A stretch of 64,000 nt of DNA from the IMG/VR virus record IMGVR_UViG_3300025073_000026; one strand, 5' to 3'. The position numbers were made by a program, and so were the translations under genes. Positions 34,281 through 44,498 of the stretch are shown here, one piece after another. The stretch's first letter is position 1. Every line of letters begins with the position of its first letter. The notes under the pieces are model-generated. The model saw only the letters and a list, made by a program, of their open reading frames with translations. It did no database searches and was not told the origin of the DNA. The stretch comes from a virus.

Positions 34281-34457
34281 TTACTGTTTTGCCAGTGCTT
34301 CCCACTTTCCTTTCACGACTTTCTTCTGAATCTCGGTTAAAGCATCATAGACGGCCAGAAGAAGGGGGACCAACTTAGAATCCTGACGTGGAATCCCCGT
34401 ACAATCTTGGTCGTACCTTGAGTCATTGGCTAACAGATTCCTGATGAGACTTTCCAT
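34281..34457 (-). CDS. small hypothetical protein (58 aa, below the track cutoff)
   Basis: Manual translation MESLIRNLLAND...EALAKQ; directly follows the 559-aa gene. Confidence 0.45.
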   Translation of the reverse strand: MESLIRNLLANDSRYDQDCTGIPRQDSKLVPLLLAVYDALTEIQKKVVKGKWEALAKQ

Positions 34458-34468
34458 TGTTGGAGCAC

Positions 34469-36112
34469 CTATTTAGGGAACCCAATGACAGCCGCCGCAT
34501 GGAGATTCAGGGCATTGGCTCCATCACTCTTTAGATCTAGTGCCCAGACAACAGTGGCAGCGTCGGTGACGGCTGTTAAATCGAGGACTCCGGAATAGAA
34601 TTGCTGGTGGGTCACGCTTATTGTCGTGATCTCAGATGAGGGCAACGCAGACCACCCACCCCCATTATACCAATAGAGCTGACAGCTTCCATTTGCTGCC
34701 CCAGCATTCTTGAAAGCATTCACTACTAGCTTGTAGTCGTAATTCACAAAGTCCCAATAGGACTTCTGTGGCAAAACCAATCGCCAGACCAAAGCTCCCG
34801 TATAGCCAGCCCCAGATGTTGATACTACAGTCACTGGAGTATATGTGCCGATTACACTGATACCTGGGGATGGTATCTGTATGGATGCTGTGAGTTGAGC
34901 CTTGGAAGTGATCAGTCGAACATATGCCTTGATCACACATTTACCAGAGGATACGTAACTGGTATGTCCCCGAAAAGTGATCTGATAAACGGGAGCTATC
35001 TCAGGGAAAGGCAGGGGAGTGCCCCACTGGAGACCCGATACTGTTTCTGCTTCCGCCGCTGATTGACTCGTATGGACAGCTTGTCCAGGTACGACAATAA
35101 TCCTGTGAGGAACTTCCAGGGTCGACATGACAAACACATAATAGTTGACAAATTGGCCCGAAGTCAATTCTGTCAGTTGCCATGCTCCACCTGTAAACTG
35201 ATTGTATCGGATATATGACGCCCCCACCAAATAGGGGTCAACATTACCTTCTACCCAAGTCCAGTCCCCTGCGGCCCCCGTTCTTGAGAGGATTGTGTAG
35301 TTTCCAGCCAAAAGGGCACCAACAGGATAGTAAATATCCTCATCCATGACGACGCCAGACGTAAAGGCTGGACGCTTGTTGGCATCCACGTCACTATCTA
35401 GGGTGACTCCAGAAAGCAGAAAGCCACTATGCACCTGAGTTCCATATGTTGCATGAAGGAAACTATGAAGTGCCGGATCCCGTCGCCAGCCATGTAACTC
35501 AAACCATGCTATCCCGTCTACCAAAGTAGCATTGTAGTAGACAACACAAATAGGGGTTACTTCCTGGAGTAGCCAATAGGTAGTAGAAACCTGTAGCACA
35601 CCCGCACTGTTGTATGAGAAATAGTAGGTAGCAGTCACAGCTGCATGAGCCGCCGATATTTCAGCTCCAACGTGATTGAACTTGTTGCCTTTCACATAGT
35701 AGTCAAAGGAAGCTCCCAAAGGGGTTATTGTGACCTGTCTGGCAACGGCATCATAGGAGAGCGTGACATAGTGCTGCTGATTGGCATCTAGGGGGAATCC
35801 ATGAAGGTCCCGAGCACCCATGGATAGTGCATCTACATGATCCGCCCCACCCAGCACATGTGTGGGTGCATGAGTAACTAAGGCATACCCAGCTGCTGCT
35901 GTTCCCCCCAGAGCATCCGAATCCAAGGCATGATCGACGTAACCCAAAACAGCCGATGGGGCATACTCAGCTTTGGTCATGTCACCTATGGGGCCAGGAA
36001 CCGTAGTCCAAATGACTCGATCCAGAGCAGCACTGTAGACTGGTATGTCATTATCAGCGGGAGTCGAACTGATAAACCACTTGCCCCCGATCTTCCATTC
36101 TGCGTAACCCAT
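34469..36112 (-). CDS. probable virion structural / tail-fibre-like protein
   Basis: HAPTHVLGGAD repeat-like segment; Ala/Gly/Thr/Tyr-rich beta composition; GGAGGT RBS before MGYAEW. Confidence 0.5.
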   Translation of the reverse strand: MGYAEWKIGGKWFISSTPADNDIPVYSAALDRVIWTTVPGPIGDMTKAEYAPSAVLGYVDHALDSDALGGTAAAGYALVTHAPTHVLGGADHVDALSMGARDLHGFPLDANQQHYVTLSYDAVARQVTITPLGASFDYYVKGNKFNHVGAEISAAHAAVTATYYFSYNSAGVLQVSTTYWLLQEVTPICVVYYNATLVDGIAWFELHGWRRDPALHSFLHATYGTQVHSGFLLSGVTLDSDVDANKRPAFTSGVVMDEDIYYPVGALLAGNYTILSRTGAAGDWTWVEGNVDPYLVGASYIRYNQFTGGAWQLTELTSGQFVNYYVFVMSTLEVPHRIIVVPGQAVHTSQSAAEAETVSGLQWGTPLPFPEIAPVYQITFRGHTSYVSSGKCVIKAYVRLITSKAQLTASIQIPSPGISVIGTYTPVTVVSTSGAGYTGALVWRLVLPQKSYWDFVNYDYKLVVNAFKNAGAANGSCQLYWYNGGGWSALPSSEITTISVTHQQFYSGVLDLTAVTDAATVVWALDLKSDGANALNLHAAAVIGFPK

Positions 36113-36242
36113 GGTGATGGAACCTCCCCTTGAAAAGCCAGGACTCACCCTGTCAAGGAGAGATTGGATAGAGAGAAAAGTGCGAGCTTTCTAGACTGAT
36201 GGTTATCTGTAGAGGTTCACAGAAATTTCCGGGGGGACCAAA

Positions 36243-36656
36243 CTACCTCAGATCCTTGCACAAGGTCGCTTCATCTGGTGAGAGTGTCTTGTAGTCAACC
36301 GTGATCTCTTCTCCGGCTTCAATGTCTCGGAGTGCGAAATACTCCGTATCTTCCTGGCCGTCTCCCTCGGAGTTCGGTGTGTTTGAATGATTGATGTACC
36401 AGCCCACATCCATTTTGCAGAAGTCGTGCGGTGCCCAGTAGATAGGGCCGTCCTTGATCCCGTACCTATCCAGGAACTCGTAGAGAACTGAACCGGGTTC
36501 CACGTCTTTGACTGGAACCTTCCTAGTTCCCGGCCCTTTGAAGAGCCTCAGATGGGTTCTCTTCTTGATGCCGTGCATGGCAAAGACCCCTACCCCATCT
36601 ATGGAGGACGGCTTAAGCATGAAACTTAATTCATCCGTATCAGTCCGATAGATCAT
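36243..36656 (-). CDS. SET-domain protein
   Basis: SSIDGVGVFA, YINHSNTPN, ALRDIEAGEEITVDY. Confidence 0.9.
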   Translation of the reverse strand: MIYRTDTDELSFMLKPSSIDGVGVFAMHGIKKRTHLRLFKGPGTRKVPVKDVEPGSVLYEFLDRYGIKDGPIYWAPHDFCKMDVGWYINHSNTPNSEGDGQEDTEYFALRDIEAGEEITVDYKTLSPDEATLCKDLR

Positions 36657-36985
36657 TTCGGCTCCTTCAATTGGGCATAGTAGGTAGGGGTGAGTTCTCC
36701 TGAGACAGTATAGATAGTGACCTCTCCGGTCTCAGAATTCTTGACGTGGACAATCATCTCTTCCTTACCTGCGGCTACATCGTATTCACAGGCACGGTTC
36801 TCGTAATTCTCCACAAAGTCCTGTGCCGCATATTTAGCATCGGAAGCACTAATCCTGTAGGCGTCATCTTCCTCTTGCGTGTCTGGTGCCCAGCAAAGCC
36901 ATTGGGGAGGGCACTTGTGGGACTTCAACCCCAAGAGGCAAGACTCACCACAAGTTGGGCATCGATCTATCATTTCTGCACCCAA
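36653..36985 (-). CDS. hypothetical protein
   Basis: ATGA-coupled to the SET gene. Confidence 0.55.
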   Translation of the reverse strand: MGAEMIDRCPTCGESCLLGLKSHKCPPQWLCWAPDTQEEDDAYRISASDAKYAAQDFVENYENRACEYDVAAGKEEMIVHVKNSETGEVTIYTVSGELTPTYYAQLKEPK

Positions 36986-37395
36986 TCCTGGGATTTCCTT
37001 TCCTCAATTGCTTGCCTCAGGTACACAGCCGAATCAAGTATCTCCTGGTAAGTGTCTATGAGGGCATCTCTGCCATTGTGCGGCTGTAGGGGCGTCCCGT
37101 ACCTTTTGATGCCCACCTAACGTCGCTCTTCCATATCCGCCATAACCAACTTCCAAACATCGGGCTTGGATGGGTCATTTGGGGTGGGTGCAGGCTGGTC
37201 CTTGATATCATTGGAGGTATTAACATTGCGCCGTTGAAACAGACTTAGCAGACTACCTATAAGTAGGCTAACGATTACGACTATGACTACGACTACAGTA
37301 GCAAGAAACAGACTCCACTCTCCGAACCCATTTATAGCGCCATGGACCGGAAGATAGGCTCCTTTCATAATTGTCGTCGCAAACATCTGAACCAT
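36970..37395 (-). pseudogene. hypothetical gene with internal TAG at 37117-37119
   Basis: DQPAP...VW.LV.ADMEERR*VGIKRYGTPLQPHNGRDAL.D.YQE.LD.AVYLRQAIEE; the motif continues across the stop. Confidence 0.6.
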
Positions 37396-37411
37396 CTTAC
37401 GCTCCTTTCAC

Positions 37412-37633
37412 CTAATGGCGTATTGTCACCTTCCTGATTCTACCGCAAACTGTGCAGGATAGGATAGTCGTGTGTTTGATCCAACCAAAATGCTGCGTTT
37501 TCATCGTATCAACAATCGTCCACTGGTGCTTGCAGTAGTTGTTCAGGTAGCGGAGTATCGCAATGACTCCTACAATCGCAAGTGCGATAACTAAACCAGA
37601 TGATAACAAGAAGTCCCAATCCATCTCTAACAC
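37412..37633 (-). CDS. small membrane protein with C-terminal CxxC
   Basis: TM helix then CKHQW...CTVCG. Confidence 0.55.
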   Translation of the reverse strand: MLEMDWDFLLSSGLVIALAIVGVIAILRYLNNYCKHQWTIVDTMKTQHFGWIKHTTILSCTVCGRIRKVTIRH

Positions 37634-37639
37634 CTTTCC

Positions 37640-38512
37640 CTATACTGTAAACTCGTAGACTACCCCCGCCTTGGCCCACCCGGCAAAGCCGGAGATGTTT
37701 TGCTGCTCCCAATTGTCTGCATAATGCATTAGGAACATCCGACTCTTAACATCATCAGGCAGAGTCTTCAGATCATCCAGAGGTGCATGGACGGCTCCGG
37801 GGAAGAACTGCACGTCATGGAAGTAGGTCTCAACATCCGGATACATACTTATCAACTCCGGGTCAAACCTGCTATCCGCTGAGATGAAAACCTTCCCATC
37901 CACCACCATCCCGTAAGAGATAAAGCTATCTGCCCATCCCCCGGATCCTTCAGGGATATGCTTGGTACGGAACAAATCAATATGAATGGGGCCATAGTCA
38001 AAAGACCATATCTCTCTGGGCTGATTGGTCTTCCACGTTGGGGTAACTACATCAAAGAAATCGTGTAGCCCTAATCGCTGTCCACTAGTCTGATCCTTCT
38101 CGTTCCACTCTAGCCCGCCCCGCAAGCTGTAGTCCCATAGGACCCTCTGATACTCAGGAGTAGCTATCAACTGAATTTTGGGATGCTTCATGAAGCGCAT
38201 ACCCACGTATCGGTTCATCAAGGCGAGACATTCTGCGGATCCAATATGATCACTGTGACTGTGAGTGGGTAAGAAACATCGGATGTCTGTAGGCTTCAAC
38301 CCTGTGGTTTCTTTGAGTGCCCTTTGACCCGTGGCTCCAAAGTCCACCAAGATGTGGGTACTCCCTTTGATCAACAGGAAGTTGGTCTGGTTGTTCTTCT
38401 CAGCAAAGGCCGAACCCACCCCAATGAAGAACACTTGGAGTCGATTCGGATCACCACATGAGAGTGATAGGACTTCTGAACCTGTTGGCCTAAGAAATGG
38501 TTTCTGGTCCAT
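37640..38512 (-). CDS. metallo-beta-lactamase-fold hydrolase (RNase Z / phosphodiesterase-like)
   Basis: FIGVGSAF, ILVDFG, THSHSDH, KHIP, SADS, FHD, LMHY. Confidence 0.85.
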   Translation of the reverse strand: MDQKPFLRPTGSEVLSLSCGDPNRLQVFFIGVGSAFAEKNNQTNFLLIKGSTHILVDFGATGQRALKETTGLKPTDIRCFLPTHSHSDHIGSAECLALMNRYVGMRFMKHPKIQLIATPEYQRVLWDYSLRGGLEWNEKDQTSGQRLGLHDFFDVVTPTWKTNQPREIWSFDYGPIHIDLFRTKHIPEGSGGWADSFISYGMVVDGKVFISADSRFDPELISMYPDVETYFHDVQFFPGAVHAPLDDLKTLPDDVKSRMFLMHYADNWEQQNISGFAGWAKAGVVYEFTV

Positions 38513-38522
38513 TGAATACCCC

Positions 38523-38948
38523 CTAATCTACTATACCAGGAGGATTATCGGATTCTTTCCCGACGTCAAAGCACTCTTCGTTATCAGCGGAAACTTTTTC
38601 GTCCGTCACTCTCCCACCGACAATAGTCACAGGAGTTTGCGCACCAGCTTTGAGTGCTTCCTTCTGAATATCCATCATGGCATCGTCCACCCCGAGGCGC
38701 AGACGAGTACGCATGTGTGTGCCATCCCAGGACACTTCTGTGTTTGTTGCCTCCACAACCTGACCATTCTCACCGATTCCCCCAAAGTGTAGACAATGAT
38801 CGCAGCGCAGATAATCGTCCCCTGCCAATTTCAACTCTGGCCCCCAAACGTCACAGAAAGATTTGTTCCTCTGTGGACAAGCGGAACACCACTTTCCTTT
38901 GTAACCTGTCACTTGAGTTACAAAATGTCGAGATACCAGATAGGCCAT
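38523..38948 (-). CDS. hypothetical protein
   Basis: Cys-rich N-terminus; GGAG RBS. Confidence 0.55.
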   Translation of the reverse strand: MAYLVSRHFVTQVTGYKGKWCSACPQRNKSFCDVWGPELKLAGDDYLRCDHCLHFGGIGENGQVVEATNTEVSWDGTHMRTRLRLGVDDAMMDIQKEALKAGAQTPVTIVGGRVTDEKVSADNEECFDVGKESDNPPGIVD

Positions 38949-39025
38949 ATGTCAGACTCCTTTCAATTGACAGCACACCGGAGGATACAGACACCACCCA
39001 GGACTGCGACGTCCACTGTGAGAGA

Positions 39026-39631
39026 TCATCCCTTGACTCCAGACAGCATAACGTAGTGCTGCCAGAACCGAAACGACTTCTTCATCTCCCGTTCAAATCG
39101 TGTTGCATCCCACCCGGTGCTGGTGCCTCCGTCACCTTCCCTATGGAAATGGTTATAAAGCAAGGTCATGATGGGAAGTGGGACTTCTTCATCGGTCGGG
39201 CTGGCATTAATACTGATGATCTCCCAATTCCCCTCTTCCGGAGGAAGGTCATTCTCTTTGTTCTCAAATAGCACTGTGGATGCGTAGAGAATGATCTCAA
39301 CACGTTTGGCCGGAGTCTTGGCCCCCTGAATCTGAGGCACCCCAAACCGTGGTGGTTCATTGGGAACTCTAGAACGATAGGCTACGATGGCTTCAGCATC
39401 TTTGGTCACACCATCTTGGCCAACCATGACCGAAGGCATTTCAGCGATTGCCGTGTGGAACTTCCACGAGGGTACTCCTACCGACCTAACGCCTTCCTTG
39501 TAGCCTAGAGAGCCAAGGTGGAAGAACTTACCCACCAACTCTACCAATTCTTCATCTGTTCCGTTGAAATGCGAATATGGTTTCTCTGGAAGATGCCTGC
39601 CTTTTGCAAACTTATTGACCACGATCTTCAT
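39026..39631 (-). CDS. DUF3228-like protein
   Basis: GYKEGV, VEIILYA..VL.E, WEIISINA, GGT; promoter at 39655-39682. Confidence 0.6.
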   Translation of the reverse strand: MKIVVNKFAKGRHLPEKPYSHFNGTDEELVELVGKFFHLGSLGYKEGVRSVGVPSWKFHTAIAEMPSVMVGQDGVTKDAEAIVAYRSRVPNEPPRFGVPQIQGAKTPAKRVEIILYASTVLFENKENDLPPEEGNWEIISINASPTDEEVPLPIMTLLYNHFHREGDGGTSTGWDATRFEREMKKSFRFWQHYVMLSGVKG

Positions 39632-39689
39632 CCGTCCCCCTTAGTCACGCTATTTACTACTCTATTTCTTCACGCCCTAACAAGAGAAT

Positions 39690-40001
39690 TCAGGATTTTT
39701 GCTGAGAAAGCACACGATTGACTAAAATCTTCTTCCAACAAGCATACCCATCCTTCCCAGCACTCTCGCATGGCCCCTGACAAGGATAGCCTACCTTATG
39801 GGGACAAGGAATCGCTTTATGTAGTTCGTCCAGAGACGCCTGAAAGAGGGAACGTAGCCACGTAGCTTCTCTCTCCCGACAGGAATCCGCTATGGCCACC
39901 ATCTTTTTCCGGCTGGAATCGAAGGTCGACCCGCATTCGAATCTACACCGCTTCTCATACAGTTCCTTGATGGGACTCTTACAAAGGGGGCAACGGTTCA
40001 T
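39690..40001 (-). CDS. zinc-finger hypothetical protein
   Basis: CPLC...FECGS. Confidence 0.55.
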   Translation of the reverse strand: MNRCPLCKSPIKELYEKRCRFECGSTFDSSRKKMVAIADSCREREATWLRSLFQASLDELHKAIPCPHKVGYPCQGPCESAGKDGYACWKKILVNRVLSQQKS

Positions 40002-40441
40002 TTACGGGAATCCAGTTCTTTCAAGGTATCTTCCAAGAGACGTTCCAGGGTATCTGCTTTGACCCTCAAGTAGTCCACTTGTCCTCTGACCTCCAGATAT
40101 TTAGCACAGATGGACGTATTCACCATTAGAAAAATGTCCAGGAGTCCGTCAACTACTTCCTTTCGGGATTCAGGGGCGACGAATACCCCGGCTCGTTCAC
40201 AGGAGAGACAAATCTTCTCGAATGAGCGTACTAGCCGTGAAATTGACCCCTCCACATCTCTTGCCAAGACACTTCTAGACCCGATCCGAACGCAATCACC
40301 ACCTCTCCTGATGGTCGTTCCATCCTTTTTGGAAATGACCGTTCCGCACTCGTACTCTACGGTTCCAAACGGAAGCACATCGGTCTTGACCCAAACGGAA
40401 GCGTCACAATATGGACAATAAGGGGGAGGGGGTGTTGACAT
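39998..40441 (-). CDS. zinc-finger hypothetical protein
   Basis: CPYC...YECGT. Confidence 0.55.
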   Translation of the reverse strand: MSTPPPPYCPYCDASVWVKTDVLPFGTVEYECGTVISKKDGTTIRRGGDCVRIGSRSVLARDVEGSISRLVRSFEKICLSCERAGVFVAPESRKEVVDGLLDIFLMVNTSICAKYLEVRGQVDYLRVKADTLERLLEDTLKELDSRK

Positions 40442-40512
40442 TGATGACTCTTGGCCTCCCTTTCTTGGGTCTACTAAAAATGACCCACTAGAGAGAGCTG
40501 ATAGACAAGGTA

Positions 40513-41166
40513 TCAGGGGGCGACTTTACTTGCCTTTGGGAATCCAACTGGTACCTGCTGCGACGTAGGGAACACCTGGAGGGGCTCATCCTCTCCTGCA
40601 GCGAAAGCTTCCTTGGTCCGGGTGGAAGTCACAATATCGTAGTCAAGAACAGTCAGGTGGAAATCCCCATCTAGATCCTTGGGGGGTGCCAACTCCCCAG
40701 CCATATCATCAAGGTAGTCGGCAAAGAACAGGCAGAACTTACCCCACACTCCCTTTCGGTGTGTCCTAACTGCCCGCTGCTTATCCAAGAGCAATTCCTG
40801 GCCCTTAGCGAAGTCATTCCGACCGGACTCAATGACCTGCTGCACCTTCAAGTACATGTCGGCTGAAGGCCGTAGATCCCGTTCTTGGAACCACTGCATC
40901 ATAGCCCCTGAGCCGTTGGGGCCAAACTTGGCACTTACTTCAGCGGTCAGGAGTTCCTTGAAGTCGGACTTATACTTGTCAGGTACCTGAGCGACTTCCA
41001 CCACTTTCTTCCAGAAGGCATCATAAGAGTTCATGTTGTTACGATACTGTGCCATCGTGGATTCCTGCAAGGAGACCCCGTTGGAATACCACGACACGAT
41101 GCTGATGATCATGATCAGAATGAATACTACACCTGATACTACAGCAATCAGACCAACTCTGTTCAT
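40513..41166 (-). CDS. membrane-anchored coiled-coil protein
   Basis: TM helix after MNRVGL; E.AQVP..YK.D..E...GS.AMMQW..E...Y..VQQVIESGRN.F pattern; GGAGGT RBS. Confidence 0.7.
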   Translation of the reverse strand: MNRVGLIAVVSGVVFILIMIISIVSWYSNGVSLQESTMAQYRNNMNSYDAFWKKVVEVAQVPDKYKSDFKELLTAEVSAKFGPNGSGAMMQWFQERDLRPSADMYLKVQQVIESGRNDFAKGQELLLDKQRAVRTHRKGVWGKFCLFFADYLDDMAGELAPPKDLDGDFHLTVLDYDIVTSTRTKEAFAAGEDEPLQVFPTSQQVPVGFPKASKVAP

Positions 41167-41170
41167 TAGT

Positions 41171-42274
41171 CTACCTCCAGTTAGAACGTCCAAATCCACG
41201 GAAACCCCGGAACCGTCCGGAATCCCCGAAGATATCTTCCTTATGCGACCATATACCCAACCCCACCACAACCGCTAGATCCAACAGATACAGTAGGATC
41301 AAAGCCCAAGTGGGTGGAGTGGCATTAGCAGAGAGGTAACTATACTCCTCCATGGAAGTGCGGGTATACTTAGTTTCAATTGCCTGACGGATGGCTTCGA
41401 CACCACCTTCGGCATCCGAAAGAGGCCACCCCTTCAGATTGTCTCTCAGGATCACCTTGAGTTCTTCCACTTGATTCAGGGTCACGACCCGTACCCAGGT
41501 CAAGACCTTACCGTCCGTACCGGCTATGATGTTCACGCTATTCTTAGGGCCGTAGAGCCACTTCCCTTCCACCTTTAGGGCATAGGACTCATCAGGCTGG
41601 TCGGTCACCATCAGGGTCACATCCACTTGGCTGGAATAGCCTATGTCAGCATTCATTTCATTCAAGAGCCGATCCCACCCTTGAAGTTCGGGTATCCCCT
41701 TGTGCATGACCGGGTGCCTCTTGTACCTGTCATAAACGCTGGGGAATGGTGGTATCCTAAGTACCTTCTCCTCTTCTTCACTCAACGTCTGGTCTTTGTT
41801 CAGGATGGAATCTGGGTCCATCAAAAGGTAGTTAGTGTAGGAGTGCCCAACTGAGGCGGGTTCTCCTACAATAGCTTTGGCCCAGAGAAGCGGGTCACTA
41901 GCAGACGGTGGCTCACAGGAGTCAACTGTAATGGAATCGCCTGTAGATACATCCAACGACCACATCAGGTCATAGGAATGGGAACACACCTCCGTCCAAG
42001 AATTGCAGTTGCCATTACTATCGTGCCCCGTGCACACCTGACTGCAATGGCAGCAAGACATGTGCGACCGATCCTTATTAGTGATCCGTCCATTCCAGTA
42101 CTCCGTATCCTGTGCTGATCCCCAACGGGCGATGAAGAATCCGAGCACAGCGATTAGGATGGCAGCGCCCTCCATGAGGAGATACTCTTTCCAAGTGATA
42201 GTGGACTTGAAGAAGTAAAACATCGCCCCACCGACAATCAGGGGGACCAGAATTAATCCAATGAGCGACCCCAT
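41171..42274 (-). CDS. multi-pass membrane protein
   Basis: Two N-terminal TM helices, Cys-rich insert, C-terminal TM helix. Confidence 0.7.
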   Translation of the reverse strand: MGSLIGLILVPLIVGGAMFYFFKSTITWKEYLLMEGAAILIAVLGFFIARWGSAQDTEYWNGRITNKDRSHMSCCHCSQVCTGHDSNGNCNSWTEVCSHSYDLMWSLDVSTGDSITVDSCEPPSASDPLLWAKAIVGEPASVGHSYTNYLLMDPDSILNKDQTLSEEEEKVLRIPPFPSVYDRYKRHPVMHKGIPELQGWDRLLNEMNADIGYSSQVDVTLMVTDQPDESYALKVEGKWLYGPKNSVNIIAGTDGKVLTWVRVVTLNQVEELKVILRDNLKGWPLSDAEGGVEAIRQAIETKYTRTSMEEYSYLSANATPPTWALILLYLLDLAVVVGLGIWSHKEDIFGDSGRFRGFRGFGRSNWR

Positions 42275-42324
42275 CTCCGCAAACCCCCGAAAACACACCT
42301 ATCACGACTCTACTTTTGGAATCC

Positions 42325-42951
42325 CTAACAGGGCAATTCGTTACATGGAACTGTGGATGGGAACAATGGGACACTCACAGACGAGTTCCTATTGATTGCA
42401 TTGGCGTACTCAACGATCAGCTCCCCATCATTCTCGAAAGGAACGCTAACATGACGTACAGGATAAGCACGGAACAGATGTGCACAATTCAATGGATTGG
42501 GCGGCACATCCGAAGCAGGAAATGTCCGGGGTGACCTGGAAACCACAGAACGAGAGAAATCAAACGCACCATCTCGCCATGGAGTTGTCCAGTACACACG
42601 GGTCTCCCTAGCCGACAGGACGATACCCACACAAGTTGTCTTGGGGTCATAATGGAGGATACCAGTCAATGTGGGAGTGCCGTTAACCCAGACACCAAGC
42701 TCCAAGTCAACAACTTCTTCGGTAGTCAATTTCCCTGGCAACATCACGATGGCTGCCTGTAGTTGGTTATCGGTATGATCGAACACAACCAAATGCACCC
42801 CAGATGACCATGCCTTCCCTAGAGATGGGGTCAGAGCCAAGGCCATCTGGTCCAGAAAGAACCTTTTGAAGAATCTGCGAGTCGCAGCCAGGGTATCTCT
42901 CAAAGGGATTAACCCTCCGTCACGTTGTACACCCTCTACTACCCAACTCAA
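42325..42951 (-). CDS. hypothetical protein (start likely about 42900)
   Basis: Promoter motif at 42937-42964 overlaps the track start. Confidence 0.5.
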   Translation of the reverse strand: MSWVVEGVQRDGGLIPLRDTLAATRRFFKRFFLDQMALALTPSLGKAWSSGVHLVVFDHTDNQLQAAIVMLPGKLTTEEVVDLELGVWVNGTPTLTGILHYDPKTTCVGIVLSARETRVYWTTPWRDGAFDFSRSVVSRSPRTFPASDVPPNPLNCAHLFRAYPVRHVSVPFENDGELIVEYANAINRNSSVSVPLFPSTVPCNELPC

Positions 42952-42958
42952 AGGAAAC

Positions 42959-43144
42959 CTAACGAGAATTCATCTCGGCCAACTTTCGAGATAATTTGGT
43001 GTTCTGTTCCCTCTCATCCTGTAAATCCAGTATGAGGTCGAGAAACAATTCTCGCCAGCTCTTCCCTTCTGGTGCAAAGGTGCGCACCTTTGCATTCACC
43101 TCGTGGTACCTATCCTGCAAATCCCAATCGGATATTCGCTGCAT
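42959..43144 (-). CDS. hypothetical protein
   Basis: GAGGTG RBS. Confidence 0.5.
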   Translation of the reverse strand: MQRISDWDLQDRYHEVNAKVRTFAPEGKSWRELFLDLILDLQDEREQNTKLSRKLAEMNSR

Positions 43145-43173
43145 CTTTTCACCTCTTATCTCTGGGCGTTTTG

Positions 43174-43422
43174 TCAGATCGGAGTCACTTCAACACTTTC
43201 GTCGCAATAGGGACAATCAGCATGGCGACTCAAGTCAGTCTCTACAAAGGCCATCCCCCTATACGTCTCTTCTCTACGGACACGTAAACGCTGCCCACAA
43301 GTGCTGCACGTCCCCCCCATCCAATCCGGCAATCGGACGATCCGAAACGCCATCAAAGCACCTTTACATGCTCCAATTGCAACTGCACTACCAAAGTAGA
43401 TTGCCCTTAAAGGATTCATCAT
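43174..43422 (-). CDS. hypothetical protein with zinc ribbon
   Basis: CSTCG...CPYC; start MMNPLR. Confidence 0.5.
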   Translation of the reverse strand: MMNPLRAIYFGSAVAIGACKGALMAFRIVRLPDWMGGTCSTCGQRLRVRREETYRGMAFVETDLSRHADCPYCDESVEVTPI

Positions 43423-43454
43423 GTGTGGCCCCACTTGAAATGCTACTCGTATAG

Positions 43455-44498
43455 TTAACTCACCCAATGCCATCTAATGGCATTGTACGAAACAAATTTA
43501 CAGTCGGACGGGCGCACATTCTGTGCTAGCCGATCCCCTATCTCTACACTATGTAAACTTATCCGCTCATTTGACGAACCCCCTACATACGTTAACCCAT
43601 ACTTCTGATGCCTCACCAAAGAACCCCTCCTAAATCCCATCGACCTAGTACCACCATGAGACCTTCTCAAACCACCTTTAGCCGGTACCTCTAAATGCAA
43701 TGCCCGTCTCCTATAATCCAGAGGAGCTATGCACAATAAGCGCCCCGATGTAGGCTGTCGTTTTATTCCCAGCCCGTAAAGGGCCAGGACAAAACTGTCC
43801 ACACAATGTGCAGCAAAAATCTCATCCATCTTAGCTTTAGTCTTTTTCAGCCCAAGGTCATCCCTCAAAGCTTTCGTTTCATACCCAGCGATTAGGACTA
43901 GTGGCAGTTCCAACGCCTTAATTTGATTAGCAAAATAAGTCTTTCCTGCCTCCAAGGGCGAGAAAGACTTGTTCCACTTACGTTGGCCTTTCTTAGTGAC
44001 TGCTTTGATGTCCTCAACTACCACCTTGGAGACCGGGTAGATTTTCATCAACGCTTTGACTATAGTGAGTTTCCAATCCCATCTCGCCTTCGTTGATGGC
44101 GGGATACGATCCGAATGCACAGAACGATTGCTTCTGTTGGCCCGGCAAGGCGTATTCCTGCCCCGCCGTGCATGGCGCAATGCCGCCCTGCCCCCCAACT
44201 TCTCCTTGACCTTAGTTTTGGCGTCTAGTTGGATGTGCAGCAGGTCTGTAAGTTCTGTGAGAACGGACACACCTTCTTTCTTTGATCCCGGATCGATTCC
44301 AATGACTACAGGTTGGGTTGCATAACCGGATGGTTCCACATCAAGTCTGGCACAGAAGATACCGAGTTCGTTTACGAACGGGGTCGCTTTCCGTGTCTTG
44401 ATCCACAACTCTACACGTCGCCTTCTTGCGGGCATAAGAGGGACGCCTTTGGATGAAATCACAGGAATTCTCTTGGCGGGGGATGGAAAAGCCTTCAT
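43455..44498 (-). mobile_element. isrB: IsrB (IscB-family RRXRR RuvC nuclease lacking HNH), about 347 aa
   Basis: PLMP motif, GIDPG (RuvC-I), Arg-rich bridge RAALRHARRGR, RIPPS, VEDI (RuvC-II), HCVDS (RuvC-III), RRALH; no HNH between RuvC-II and RuvC-III. Confidence 0.85.
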
